A stretch of DNA of 64,000 nt. Origin: Eledone cirrhosa. Its lineage: Eukaryota. How positions within the stretch are numbered: the stretch's first letter is position 1; every line of letters begins with the position of its first letter. Positions 14,650 through 26,129 of the stretch are shown in pieces. The DNA is taken from positions 174,840,001 through 174,904,000 of the forward strand of contig OZ024742.1 in the NCBI GenBank assembly GCA_964016885.1, given 5' to 3'. The notes beneath the pieces are model-generated. The model saw only the letters and a program-made list of their open reading frames with translations. It was not told where the DNA came from and ran no database searches. The position numbers were made by a program, and so were the translations under genes.

Positions 14650-17330
14650 TGCCATCGTCATTTTAAGTTCATTTTTCCATGCTTGCATGGGTTGGATGGG
14701 TCTTTTACAGCATAGCATCTTTCCACTCACCACGTTTCTTCATCATCTCCTCAGTGAGTTTCAGCAATCTGAGGTCAGCTCTCACAACCTCTGCCCAGCT
14801 ATTTCTTGGTTTACCTTTACTGAGGCTTCCTTCCACTGGGATTTCCTGACATTTCTTCAATCAACAATCATCATCATTGTTCATCACCAGTCCATACTAA
14901 TGTAGTCTTCTCTCCTGGACAACACCTCACATTCCTCTTAAATCCAGCTTCTCCCTCAGTTCATCCAAGCATTACCTCTCTCTCATGTACACATTGCAGA
15001 TCCAACGAAGTAAGGATGCTTAATTTCTCTCCAGTCTACGCATGTCTTCTGCAGTCACTACCCATGTTCCACACTCATGCAGCATTGGTCTTTACACACA
15101 GGCATCATACAGTCATCTATGCTCTCAGAGCACCCTCCTCCATTACTAATTAAGTCACCCAGATAGCAGAAGCTACAAACTACTTCTATGGACTCTTTCT
15201 ATGACCCCTCAATTACTCTGTGAATCTTCTACAAACAAAGACTTCCTTTCCTGTTAGCCCAATAGTTATCCCACTACATCTTTTGTGAACCCAAGATTTA
15301 CATTGTGTACACCGTATGGAGTTTATACCTACTCTCTTTCTACATATTGAGCAGGCCCACTTCCCTGAAGGAATCAGCATCCTACCTTGTTTCCTACTTA
15401 CTAGCATATTAGTTTAGGCTAAGTTTACTCTCAGATTCTTTAATTCCAAATTCCATTTCTATAGTCAAAACGTATTTTCTAGTTTTTTATGGATTTAGCT
15501 ATAAGGACCAAATCATCAGCATAGAGAGGTTCCAATGGACAGCCAGTTTTAAGCTCCTCTGGTGTAGCCTGCAGAACTATAATGAATAGTAGAGGGCTAA
15601 AAACTGAACCTAGATGAACCCCTACGTATAAATTGAATTCCTCACTAAACTCACTTCTTTCACTTTACAAACAGCTGCTCTGTACAATGCTCTGACAATA
15701 GATCGAAGCACTCTGTCAAAGGACTTTTCCCGATCAATGAAAGCTAAATATAGTGGCTTATTTTGGACTAGGAACTTCTCTTGTATTTGTCTCACTAAGA
15801 AGAGAGCATGTAGTACTTTGCTTAGGCAAGAAACCAAAGTGCATCTTGTCTAATTTGATTCTTTTTCTAATTAGTTGTGCTAAACTCTTTCCATAACTTT
15901 CATAATTTGGTCCATTAGTTTTATTCCTCTGTAGTTACTCCTTTGTAGAGCATCACCTGTTCCCTTGTAGCAATTTATGATTGTACTGCTGCACCAGTCA
16001 TATGGATATGATTCCGTCCTGTATTACCTGATTGACTATGTGTGTTACTAGTTTGACTCCTATTTCTCCTAATGCTTTTAGCATCTCAGCAACTCTCATT
16101 GACAGTTCCGCAGTTTTGTCATTCTTCATCTCTTTCATTACTTCTTCGACCCTGTAACTGTCAACTTCAAAAGCTTACCCTTCTATTGGGTAAAATGAGT
16201 GTAGCGTCTCCTCCCCCCAGTCATTCTCTACATTTACAGGCCTCTTTCTTTTGGGCATCAGTGGTAGTAAGTATATTGGTGTCATTTCTAACACATTTTC
16301 CCTCAACAACATCTCGATTTACGCTAACACACAACCTTGCAATGCAGACTACTTCATATCTCTGGTCCTCATGCAGATGTAATTGTTACTATTCTATTTC
16401 TTGCCACCCAATCTAAGCTTGTTAATTCTATCACTTACTCTAACTACTTCTATAACCTTATCTATCTATTTCTAAGCTAGTAAGATGCCTACACTTCCTA
16501 ACCCCATGGTCATTTCCTATCCAGTAAGGCATGTATCTAGGCTGTTTGCCTATCAGTAGTCTCACTGAGTCACCCTTCCATCTCAGCACCTTTACACAGC
16601 ATATAGCTAATCCTCTCCTCTATAGAAGCTTCACAATTTCACCTGATTTACCTTTTAGGTTGCCAACATAGGGGGTGGCAGTCCTGAGTTTTGAATCTTG
16701 CCAATTTTTACTTCCTTGGGTAAAAATTATATGCATCTGAAAAGGAAAAGTTTTGTGCAAGTGCTTGATGATGGTCGAGGGGTTCTTGCACATGCTTATT
16801 CTAGCCACCCCACTCCATGCACAGCACTAACATGACTAGTGTTAGCCTTATATATGCAATTAGTGAGAATCATATTTGTTAAACCTTTCATGTTTTTGGT
16901 AAGGTTTTTTTCTGGCTGGAAGCCCTTCCTATCACCAACCACTTTACAGTGTGGACTGGGTGAATTATTCATGCCACCAGCTCTAGAGAGTTTGTCTGGC
17001 TCTACTCAGGAGTCCTCTCCACTCTGTGTCAGTTTTTTGGGGGGCTGTCTACTCTCTTAGACAGGTTGCCTTCACTATGGCTTACAGAGCCCATGCCTGA
17101 CCCATGCAGTCATTTTTAATTAGTCACTGCCTTCCTAGGCATGGCTTGCAGTGTCTGCATCTGCCTGGTGCAGTCGTTTTTAATTGAAGTCACTGCTCTC
17201 CAAGATCGGCTACCTTCACTTCAGGTGCAGGATCTACATCTGCCTCAAGAGGTCATTGTAATTTGGGTTTTCTCCCATCTTAAATGACTGCCATCTCAAG
17301 AGCTTACCAGGCTCAGCATCTACTCTCTGT
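14650..17330 (-). mobile_element. Old, internally deleted near-full-length RTE LINE (5' UTR, APE endonuclease start, RT, PHD-like finger, 3' tail)
   Basis: Minus-strand remnants include LRTATPYVGNLKGKSGEIVKLL (APE N-terminus, ~16620-16690), LFLVRQIQEKFL..PLYLAFID.EKSFDRV (15622-15837) and SGKWACSICRK..CTQCKSWVHKRC (15213-15407). The 3' tail ttccatgcttgcatgggttgga lies near 14675. Confidence 0.88.
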
Positions 17331-17544
17331 AGTCATAATCTTACTTTTCTTAGAGCAAATTGACATTGTTGATGTAGGAGGGTAAGTGGGAAGGTGTAAA
17401 AAGCAACAGTCAGGAAGGCGGTGTAAAAGGAGAGTGCAAGGCCATATCTGCCAAACAGAGAGCTGGTAGATGGGAGTGATGCAGGGATGCTATAGCGAGA
17501 AGTTATAGCAAAAACAACAACACACCCACACACACATATATATA

Positions 17545-17830
17545 GGCAGCAAATTGGCAGAATTCATGGTATTCTTTCCAGTTCTCTCCTCTTAGAGTCC
17601 AAATGCCGCTGAAGTCAAATTTGCCTTTCATCCTTTGGAGGCCGATAAAAAAAGTACCAGTCTAATACTGGGATCGATTCTTCCTCTATATCTCTTTCTC
17701 ATTTTCCTCTCTCTCATGTTTTATCTTTCTCTGGAAGAAATCTGTTGTATTCAGGCCTGGAAAGGGAGAGGCTCCGATAGGCTTAAAATGCCCAAGGAAT
17801 TATGTATGACAATGCAGCGTATTTATGACT
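17545..17830 (+). mobile_element. Older SINE variant: same head and core, different 3' tail (also at ~5615-5870 and ~32810-33090)
   Basis: The shared core tttgcctttcatcctttgg..gataaaa..gtaccag is followed in all three copies by ttcctctatatctc...gttcagacctggaaaggag-like sequence. Confidence 0.7.
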
Positions 17831-17857
17831 TTACCAGGAGTTATGGGACCATACATA

Positions 17858-18416
17858 TATCATCATCCTCATCGTCCTCGTTTAACGTCCACTTTCCACG
17901 CTAGCATGGGTTAGACGGGAGTTGTCCCACTTGAGGCTAGGTTGGTCGGGTGACCGTGTCTCGCTCATATAGGACTATCTGGCAGGTTTTCTATGGCTGG
18001 ATGCCCTTCCTAACACCAACCACTTTTATAGTGTGGACTGGGAACTTTTTACTGTGCTACCTACACGGCCACATTACAGCGTGGACTGTGTGTTTTTTTC
18101 TTGTGACACCTACACGATCTCGATCTCATTTATCTCATTTATTTGGACTGGATGTTGTGGTACCAACTTTATAGAGAGGGGGTGGTGTTGGTGGGAGTGG
18201 GAGGATAGGGTAGGGGTAGTGGATTGGGGTGTATATTTGGTTAAGAGGTGACTACTGACTGTAGGTTTCGCTTTGTACATAGGCAAGGCGGGTCTTCTGT
18301 ATTACTGCGTAGCGCCAAAGATCTCGGTCCAGTGACATTGTCTTAGAGAGGTGCAAGTGTGTGAGGTCGGAATTTATCAGATTGTCCCAGGTTTTTCTGG
18401 GTCCACCTACTCCGTA
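17858..18416 (-). mobile_element. RTE LINE 3' fragment (same family as 19190-20704)
   Basis: GGPRKTWDNLINSDLTHLHLSKTMSLDRDLWRYAV matches the 20051-20425 C-terminus. The 3' UTR matches 20430-20704 and continues to a (CAT)n-like tail at ~17860. Confidence 0.92.
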
Positions 18417-19032
18417 ACTACTATATATGTATATATATATATATTTACTCAAGCCTACGTAGCATAATATTATGGTTTATTCTTTATTATTTAAATATTC
18501 CAACTGACGAAACAAAATAGATTTACTGATATATTGCTACACAGATTTCTTGCTTAATTGGCAATAGAGAAAATATTATATATGTTATTTAGCTGTTTAT
18601 TTTGTGAAATATCAAAGACAATATAAATGTTCACAGCTTGAAACTAATTTGTTTTACTGGATTGAGAACACTGCAGGAACAGATCACACCATAACTACAT
18701 GTTAGCATTTATTCCTTTATGAATTAATTAATTAATTAATTAATTAATGATTAACAAACTCATTAAAGAAACTTTGTTAATATACTACAACCTACTGTGA
18801 TATTTTCACAAAATGATAATTATTGCTGAATGATATTTTAGCAGGTACGTGAATTAATTTTACCTAAAAATAATGACTTAATTAAATCATTACTTCTTGA
18901 TTGATATGGCAACATAATTTTGGAATATTATGATGTAGGGGAGCACCTGTATATTTATGGAAGAACGCACACACAAACACTCACACATTCACATACACAA
19001 ATATTAATGTGATGGAGAATTGCAATATAAGC

Positions 19033-19050
19033 ATATATATGTATATATAT

Positions 19051-19083
<33 letters not shown>

Positions 19084-19124
19084 GTATGTATAAATATGTA
19101 TGTATGTATATGTATGTATGTATA

Positions 19125-19171
<47 letters not shown>

Positions 19172-19191
19172 TTAGCTTTATATATATATAT
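19033..19191. repeat. (TA)n/(TATG)n microsatellite; others at 21981-22030, 24238-24302, 24927-24966, 31166-31228, 56812-56880, 57637-57697
   Basis: Direct inspection. Confidence 0.97.
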
Positions 19192-20704
19192 ACTTAGCTT
19201 TTGTCGACTTGGAGAAAGCCTTCGACAGAGTCCCCCGCTCCATTATCTGGTGGGCTCTTAGAAAACTAGGCGTTGACGAATGGCTTGTGAGGGCTATACA
19301 AGCCATGTATAAAGAAACAGTCAGCAAGGTTAGAATTAATAACGAATATAGTGAAGAGTTTAGCGTAAAAGTTGCCGTCCATCAGGGCTCTGTTCTCAGC
19401 CCCCTACTATTTATTATTGCTATAACAGAGGAGTTCAAGACCGGCTGCCCATGGGAACTCCTATACGCAGACGACTTGATACTCATAGCAGAATCAATGG
19501 CCGAGCTAGAGAAGAAATTCCAAACATGGAAGCACGGCCTAGAATCAAAAGGACTTAAAATTAACCTGGCTAAGACTAAAGTTCTAGTTTGTAGGAAAGA
19601 AAACAAGGCGGCGGTCCCTTCTGGGAAATGGTCGTGCTCGGTGTGTAGGAAAGGCGTAGGTAGAAACTCCATTTTATGTCCTAAATGCAAAGTATGGGTG
19701 CATAAAAGATGTAGTGGGATCACAGGTAAGCTAACTAAGAACATAGATTTTACATGTGGCCGGTGCTCTGGTGCAATAAGTAGCAGCAAGTGCCCACAAA
19801 ATACTAGCTCTTTCAATTGCGCAGAGGGTTCTATAGAAATAGTGGACAGCTTCCGTTACCTGGGCGATAAAATCAGCAGTGGGGGAGGGTGCTCTGAAAG
19901 TACAGTAGCTAGAGTCAGAACTGGTTGCAAAAAGTTCAGAGAGCTTATACCACTATGAGCTGCTAAATTGTTCTCCCTAAAAATGAAAGGCAGGTTGTAC
20001 GATGCCTGCATACGAACAGCAATGTTGCATGGCAGTGAGACCTGGGCATTGTGTGCAGAGGATATACGCAGACTAGAGAGGAACGAAGCTTGCATGCTCT
20101 GCTCCGCTGGATGTGTAACAGTAATATACGTGAACGGCAAAGCATAAACGAACTAAGGAAAAAATTAGAAATAAGAGGGCTCAGATGTTGTTTACTCGAG
20201 AGAAGGCTACGTTGGTATGGACACGTGATGCGCATGAAAGTCGATAGCTGTATAACAAAGTGCAGGGCAATAAATGTAGACGGTAGCCACGGAATAGGCA
20301 GACCTAGAAATACCTGGGACGAGCTGATAAACTCCGACCTCACACACTTACACCTCTCCAAGACAATGTCACTGGACCGAGACCTTTGGCGGTACTCAGT
20401 AACAGAGAAGACCCGCCTTACCTAAATACATAGTAAAACCTACTACAGCCAGTAGGCATCTCTAACAAAATACACCCCGTCACCCCATCCACACCACCCC
20501 GTTCTATGTAAAGTTATGTTGGTGCCGCGCCATCCAGGCCGAAACAAATGAGATCGTGTAGGTGTCACGACAAAAAAACACACAGTCCACGCTGTAATGT
20601 GGCCGTGTAGGCCACACGGTAAAAACCTCCCAGACCCACACTGTAAATGTGGTTGGTGTTAGGAAGGGCATCCAACTGTAGAAAACCTGCCAGACAGTCC
20701 TATG
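19190..20704 (+). mobile_element. RTE-clade LINE, 5'-truncated, relatively young but inactivated (RT, PHD-like finger, C-terminus, part of 3' UTR)
   Basis: ORF 19209-19958 has non-LTR RT motifs ([47 protein letters not shown]). It is followed by a TGA at 19956 and a frameshift into 20051-20425 (RRLRWYGHVMR, GRPRNTW), the typical RTE C-terminus. The 5' end abuts (TA)n. Confidence 0.95.
19209..20425 (+). pseudogene. Disrupted RTE reverse transcriptase ORF
   Basis: RT motifs as above. There is an in-frame stop, a frameshift near 20100, and a 9-nt deletion (VLQ missing after PLLFII) relative to the older copy at ~15580. Confidence 0.92.
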
Positions 20705-21647
20705 CAACAGGTATCCAGAAAAATTAGAATGTTTCACCTCGAAATATTTTTGGAGGTCTGGTGCACAAGTGCAAACGCACGAGGTGAAACATCCTAATTT
20801 TTCTGGATAACTGTTGATGAACACAGAAAATTGGTATCTTTCACTTTTTTTATACTATCGTTGCGAAACTCATTTGGGTTTCGAAATTCAAATTTGTCTG
20901 CGGAACAGGTTTGGATTTTGAAATTTAAATTTGTCCAGGTATCACGGTTATTGCCAATATGGGTTAGTTTTTATTGATTTATTATTTTAAATCGAGACAG
21001 GCAAACTATATTTATTTGAATTAGTTTATTTCATTCTAGCTAACTTCGTCTTTTACAATACAAACACTTCTGTGTTTATCATATATTAATTTATATTAAC
21101 TTGTATTTTACGGCTCAGAAATGCTTCTTACTTTGAGCTAATTAATTTTAAAGGACTGTTTGAGTTTATAACTCTAATTATAATATAATATTACGGCTCC
21201 TTTTGTTGAGCTAATTTTTAATCCCATATAAACGGCTGTTATTTCTAGCGCCGTGGGTATGGGGTAGCTAGTGAGCTGGAAAACCTCGTCCGTTTGCGCT
21301 TGTGCACCAGACCTCCAAAAATATTTCGAGGTGAAACATCCTAATTTTTCTGGATACCTGTTGATGAACACAGAAAATTGGTATCTTTCACTTTTTTTAT
21401 ACTATCGTTGCGAAACTCATTTTGGTTTTGAAATTGAAATTTGTCTGCGGAACAGGTTTGGATTTTGAAATTTAAATTTGCCCAGGTATCATGGTTATTG
21501 CCAATATGGGTTTGTTTTTATTGATTTATTATTTTAAATCGAGACAGGCAAACTATATTTATTTGAATTAGTTTATTTCATTGTAGCTAACTTCGTCTTT
21601 TACAATACAATCACTTATGTGTTTATCATATATTAATTTATATTAAC
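20705..21647. repeat. Partial tandem duplication (547-bp period) with a 73-bp inverted copy at its left end
   Basis: 20780-21100 closely matches 21327-21647; 20705-20777 is the reverse complement of 21291-21363. Confidence 0.95.
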
Positions 21648-21976
21648 ATATATCTATATGCATATATACACACACATATATATGCTCATGCGCGCATGTG
21701 CATATATATAGAGAGACGGGGGGAGTATCGGTGGGGGTGGCGTAGTATAAAGATAGAGGGAGGGTGAGAGCCAATGGAGATGGTGTTGTACATATAGACA
21801 TACAGATATATAGACACATACACATACATAGACACATACACACACACATACACATATAGATATACACACATACACGTACACGCAGATATACACATACACA
21901 CATACACACATATATATATGTTTCTTATTGGCATATACATATGTTTCTTATTGGCAACATGACCCTCCCAAAGTAT

Positions 21977-22032
<56 letters not shown>

Positions 22033-22097
22033 GTATATATATATGCATATATATACACACACATATATAAAAATACTTACATACAGACACACACACT

Positions 22098-24235
22098 TGC
22101 GTTGGTTCGAGAGGGAAGGTATGTGTTGGCGATGTTAATGGAATTAATGAATGTTGAGGTATGGCGGTGGTGGAGTTGTAAGCGACAAAAATATACAGGA
22201 TCGAATTATACGTTGGGTTACAGCAAAAAAGTTTATGGACGTATAGCGATGTGTGTTGTGGTCATGGTGGTGGTGGTGGTGATCGGGTGATATGTTCAAC
22301 AATAAAATTACATGATAAGATGTTACGGTGGGTTACAGGGTAAAGCATAGGGAGAGGGCAGATGTAACACAGTTGTTCTGGGAGTGAGGGATGATATGTG
22401 TTGATGATGTTAATGATGTTAGTGATTGTTGAAGTATGTGGATGTATCTAGTAGTGGCGGTGGTGGTGTGTGCGGCAGTGCATTTACAGGATCGAATTTT
22501 GCGTGGGGTTGTAGGTTAGGGTAGACAGAGGGAATATGGGGGAGTAAGGTTGCGGGTGTGGGATGGTAGACATATAACTATGTGTGCGGTGGTGGTGATG
22601 GGGTGATATGATCGGATGCTACTATGGTTTGCAAGGTAAAACCTGACAGAGAGGACAGATAGAACGCAATGTTGCAAAGACGAGGGGTGTATGGCGATGT
22701 GATTTTTGGTGGGGGTAATATATGCGGCATGATATACAAAATACGGGCTTACAAATGGTTACATGCAATACAATAAAATAAATTCACTGAGATGAGGGAT
22801 GGTGAGACGGGGCAGAGTTGGTTATTATTATGCTGGGTCATTGTTAGTGTGCGGCCCTCCGCCGAATGTTTGTGCAGAAAATGTGTTCATCCTGGTGTGT
22901 CTGCAATTGACAATTATGTCTGACCTATAGTTTATGGCAGATTTTAATTTAATTATTTCAGCCGCCTCGGCCAGGCATAACCTACAGTAGTTTCTGTCAC
23001 TGGCGAGTTGCGCCACGCGTATTTTGACTGAGCATGTGACTTGGGATTCGATATTCTTGTCCTTGTGGTCGCAGATCAAGTCGGCCAGTCTGGTTTGGGA
23101 TCGTTTCAGCCTATGTTTAAAGGAGCTTCTATGGTTATACCAGCGCTCCTTAAATGTAGTGGAGGTCGCACCTATATATGAGTACTCTTTATTGCTGGCT
23201 GTGACATCACACCGGTAAACAATGTTTATGACGAGGCACTCCCCGATTAGTGTCATTCAGCCCGTTTTTTGCAGTTGCAGTTGGGTGTTACCGGTGTGGT
23301 GGCACGTTGTCGGTTGGTGGCGTGCTGCGTGGATCTGGCATGTGGGTTGTTGTGTTGTGTATGTGATTTCGTTCTGGGTTGTGGTAGTGGTTTGTTGTGG
23401 GGCAACCATGTGTTTTCGTATTTTTGTCCTATTGGTGTGTGCTATTGTGTGGCCTAGATTTGGTGGTGTGGAGAAAGAGAATTTTACAGTGTGTCTATTG
23501 AAGAGCCCTGAAGAAGGTTCCCGGTATATTGGTGGCAACGTGTATAGAATACGGGGTGTAGTACCATGTGACAGGTCTACTTCGGGCATTACGGTGTTTA
23601 GTGAGGTTTTTGTGGTTAGCTGGTAGTATGGGTGCGTTTTGGTCAGGCGTATGTCTCATAGGGGTACCTAGTAATCTGTTGGCCTTATGTCTTTTGTCTC
23701 TATTACTACGTAAACATGTGCGATAGTCGAAGTCCTTATTGGGGTTGGAGAGTATGGCTTTATCTCCTTGACGGTTGTGTGTGACGCTGGTTGCCGTGCC
23801 GGCTACAGAGGGTCTTGGGTTATTATTTGTTCTATGTGTGGTGACCTCTTCTATGTTCGTTTCTAAGGGTCCGGTTATGTTTGGCGGCGTTACGGTTCTA
23901 TTTGGGTCGATGTAAGAAACCTTCTCAATGTAACCATCGTTTAGAAGTGCGGAGTTGTAGTATTCCGCGTGCTGGTTGAAGATATTTCTATTAGCCGACA
24001 GGGTGGACACTCTATTGGAGACGCTTTTAACTATTGAGTTAATTATGCCTCTATGGTGGTTGGAGTGTCTGTTGACGTATTTAAGATTTTCATGAGTTGT
24101 GTGGTATGGACGGTACAGACCTGAGTCTAATTCTAGGGTGACATCTAAAAGGTTTACTGTCCTACTGTTAGGTTCAATTTCTACCGCTAATGCGGGTCTT
24201 AAAGATGTACCAGAGTCGTTTGTGTAGTCTATCTA

Positions 24236-24238
<3 letters not shown>
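22098..24238 (-). mobile_element. Penelope-like element (PLE), 5'-truncated: RT thumb, linker, C-terminal GIY-YIG endonuclease, repetitive 3' region
   Basis: Minus strand reads VNLLDVTLELDSGLYRPYH..YVNRHSNH (RT C-terminus), TWYYTPYS..TNIPGTF, FNRHTVKFSFS, CNCKK, then IVYRCDV..YSYIGATSTTFKERWYNHRSSF..CRLCLAE..INYRSDI..CRH (22828-23256). It has frameshifts and is bounded by (TA)n/(CA)n. Confidence 0.92.
22828..23256 (-). pseudogene. GIY-YIG endonuclease domain of the PLE
   Basis: IVY..YIG..T...F.ER...H motif with terminal C-x2-C and N.R.....C.H. Confidence 0.9.
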
Positions 24239-24305
<67 letters not shown>

Positions 24306-24335
24306 AAAGAATAGAGGTGTAACACACGAGTTATG

Positions 24336-24725
24336 ATATATTGGTAAAAGGAAAAGAAAATGCTGACAAATTGTTCCCAGTGAAAAATAGTTTAATTAGG
24401 AATAAGTAAAAATTAGTAATAGTATTGGTTAGTATTCAGTTTTGGTTTTAAGTTTTACCAGTTGCGCATTTCTAATGCTTTTCAAAAATAATTTTGAGAT
24501 AGAGCGCCCGTGATGTTTGCTCTAATCTGAGCAAATATCATTAGAGCAAACATCACGGGCGCTCTATCTCAAAATTATTTTTGAAAAGCATTAGAAATGC
24601 GCAACCGGTAAAACTTAAAACCAAAACTGAATACTAACTATTACTAATTTTTACTTATTCCTAATTAAACTATTTTTTCACTGGGAACAATTTGTCAGCA
24701 TTTTCTTTTCCTTTTACCAATATAT
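24336..24725. repeat. Near-perfect palindrome, ~190-bp arms, 13-nt loop
   Basis: Left arm 24336-24526 is the reverse complement of 24540-24725, apart from one substitution, a 1-nt indel and a 6-nt indel. Confidence 0.97.
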
Positions 24726-24923
24726 ATATATATATATAACATATTGATACATATCATTTTCATATCCATATACACTATATTTCTATTTACAATATAATAT
24801 ATATATAATGTAAAACATTTATATACAAGAAGATATATAAAATTATAGGGTTATATTTTGCTGTGCACACACACCCCACTTACATATATGCATACACGCA
24901 AGTTTAAACAACTGAATATCTGT

Positions 24924-24969
<46 letters not shown>

Positions 24970-26129
24970 ATATCCACATGCTAATTACAGTCTATAATAC
25001 TATTAACGAGAAGAGAGGTATATTAATTAATCATTTTATTAAAGCACTTAACACTGCTGGAAATGGAATTTTGTTTCATGTTATAGCATTAGTGGGTGTA
25101 TTATTAATAAGCTATGTAAACCACATTACTATGGTGTGGCAAATATTACGATATTGTCTGGTGTGGAATTGAAAGTATATTACATACATAACTTCTCCAG
25201 CAATAATTTTGTTAGATGATTTAAGGCACATCAAACAACCCTAATATTTGATTATGGTCTGCAAGCCAAGGTTGAGATTGTCTTCAATTGAAAGAAACAA
25301 ATTGCATTGAGGAAGCAAAACTGCAATCATTAAACACAGTATAGTTATTGCTTTGGCCACAAACCCAGACATTTAACATGTAATGATGATGAGCAGAAGT
25401 TAAACAAATACTAGAACTTGACCCTCCAATTCGTTTTTGTGCTCATTGCCATTGACACTGCTGATGTCTTCAGACCCTGAACTGCAGTTTTCCTCCAGAA
25501 AATAATGAGAAATGCACCTTGTCTGAAGAATGAACCTTATGAGGTGAAATCTCTGAAGCTGAATATGTTGCTAGCTGTTGCGCCCTTGTCTATTGGGTAC
25601 AGCTGAGGTATATCCCCCAACCAACTTTGTTGTTTAACAGAAGTATACTATAATGAAAATACTTGGGAAATAAAGGATTGAAATAATAAACATAAATGAT
25701 AAACAAATGCTGTATGTTACAATGGCACCCCAACAATTCCTTCACAATGGCAAATGTTGTACCAGTCAAGTACTGCAATTAATTTAATGAATATTTCAGG
25801 ACATATGACTATTATCATCACCAGTCATCATTTAATGTACATTTTCCTTGCTAGCAGTGACTGGATGGGTCATTACAGACCAAGTTAGTACAAATTGAAG
25901 CCATTGTTTTCTGAGATGAACCAGAAGAACATTTCCACACTTTACAGAGTAAATCATGCATTTTATTATGGCATTAGCATTAAAGAGATTGTCATGTCTT
26001 TTATACAGTTATGTTTGAAACAATTATTTTTTAATCTATTTTCCTATATCATTTTAATAGACAATAGATAAAATATCTCGTATATAGTTCTAAAATTGGT
26101 TTACAGCTTTTATCCTTTCTTCTGAACGA

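Noticed and set aside
19382-20361. Antisense ORFs over the RTE (also 23024-23626 over the PLE and 38088-38327)
   Set aside because: Shadow frames of transposon coding sequence.
21643-22138. Cys/Val/Tyr/Ile-rich ORFs (also 24858, 31149, 44998, 56670, 57472)
   Set aside because: Translations of (TA)n/(CA)n microsatellites.
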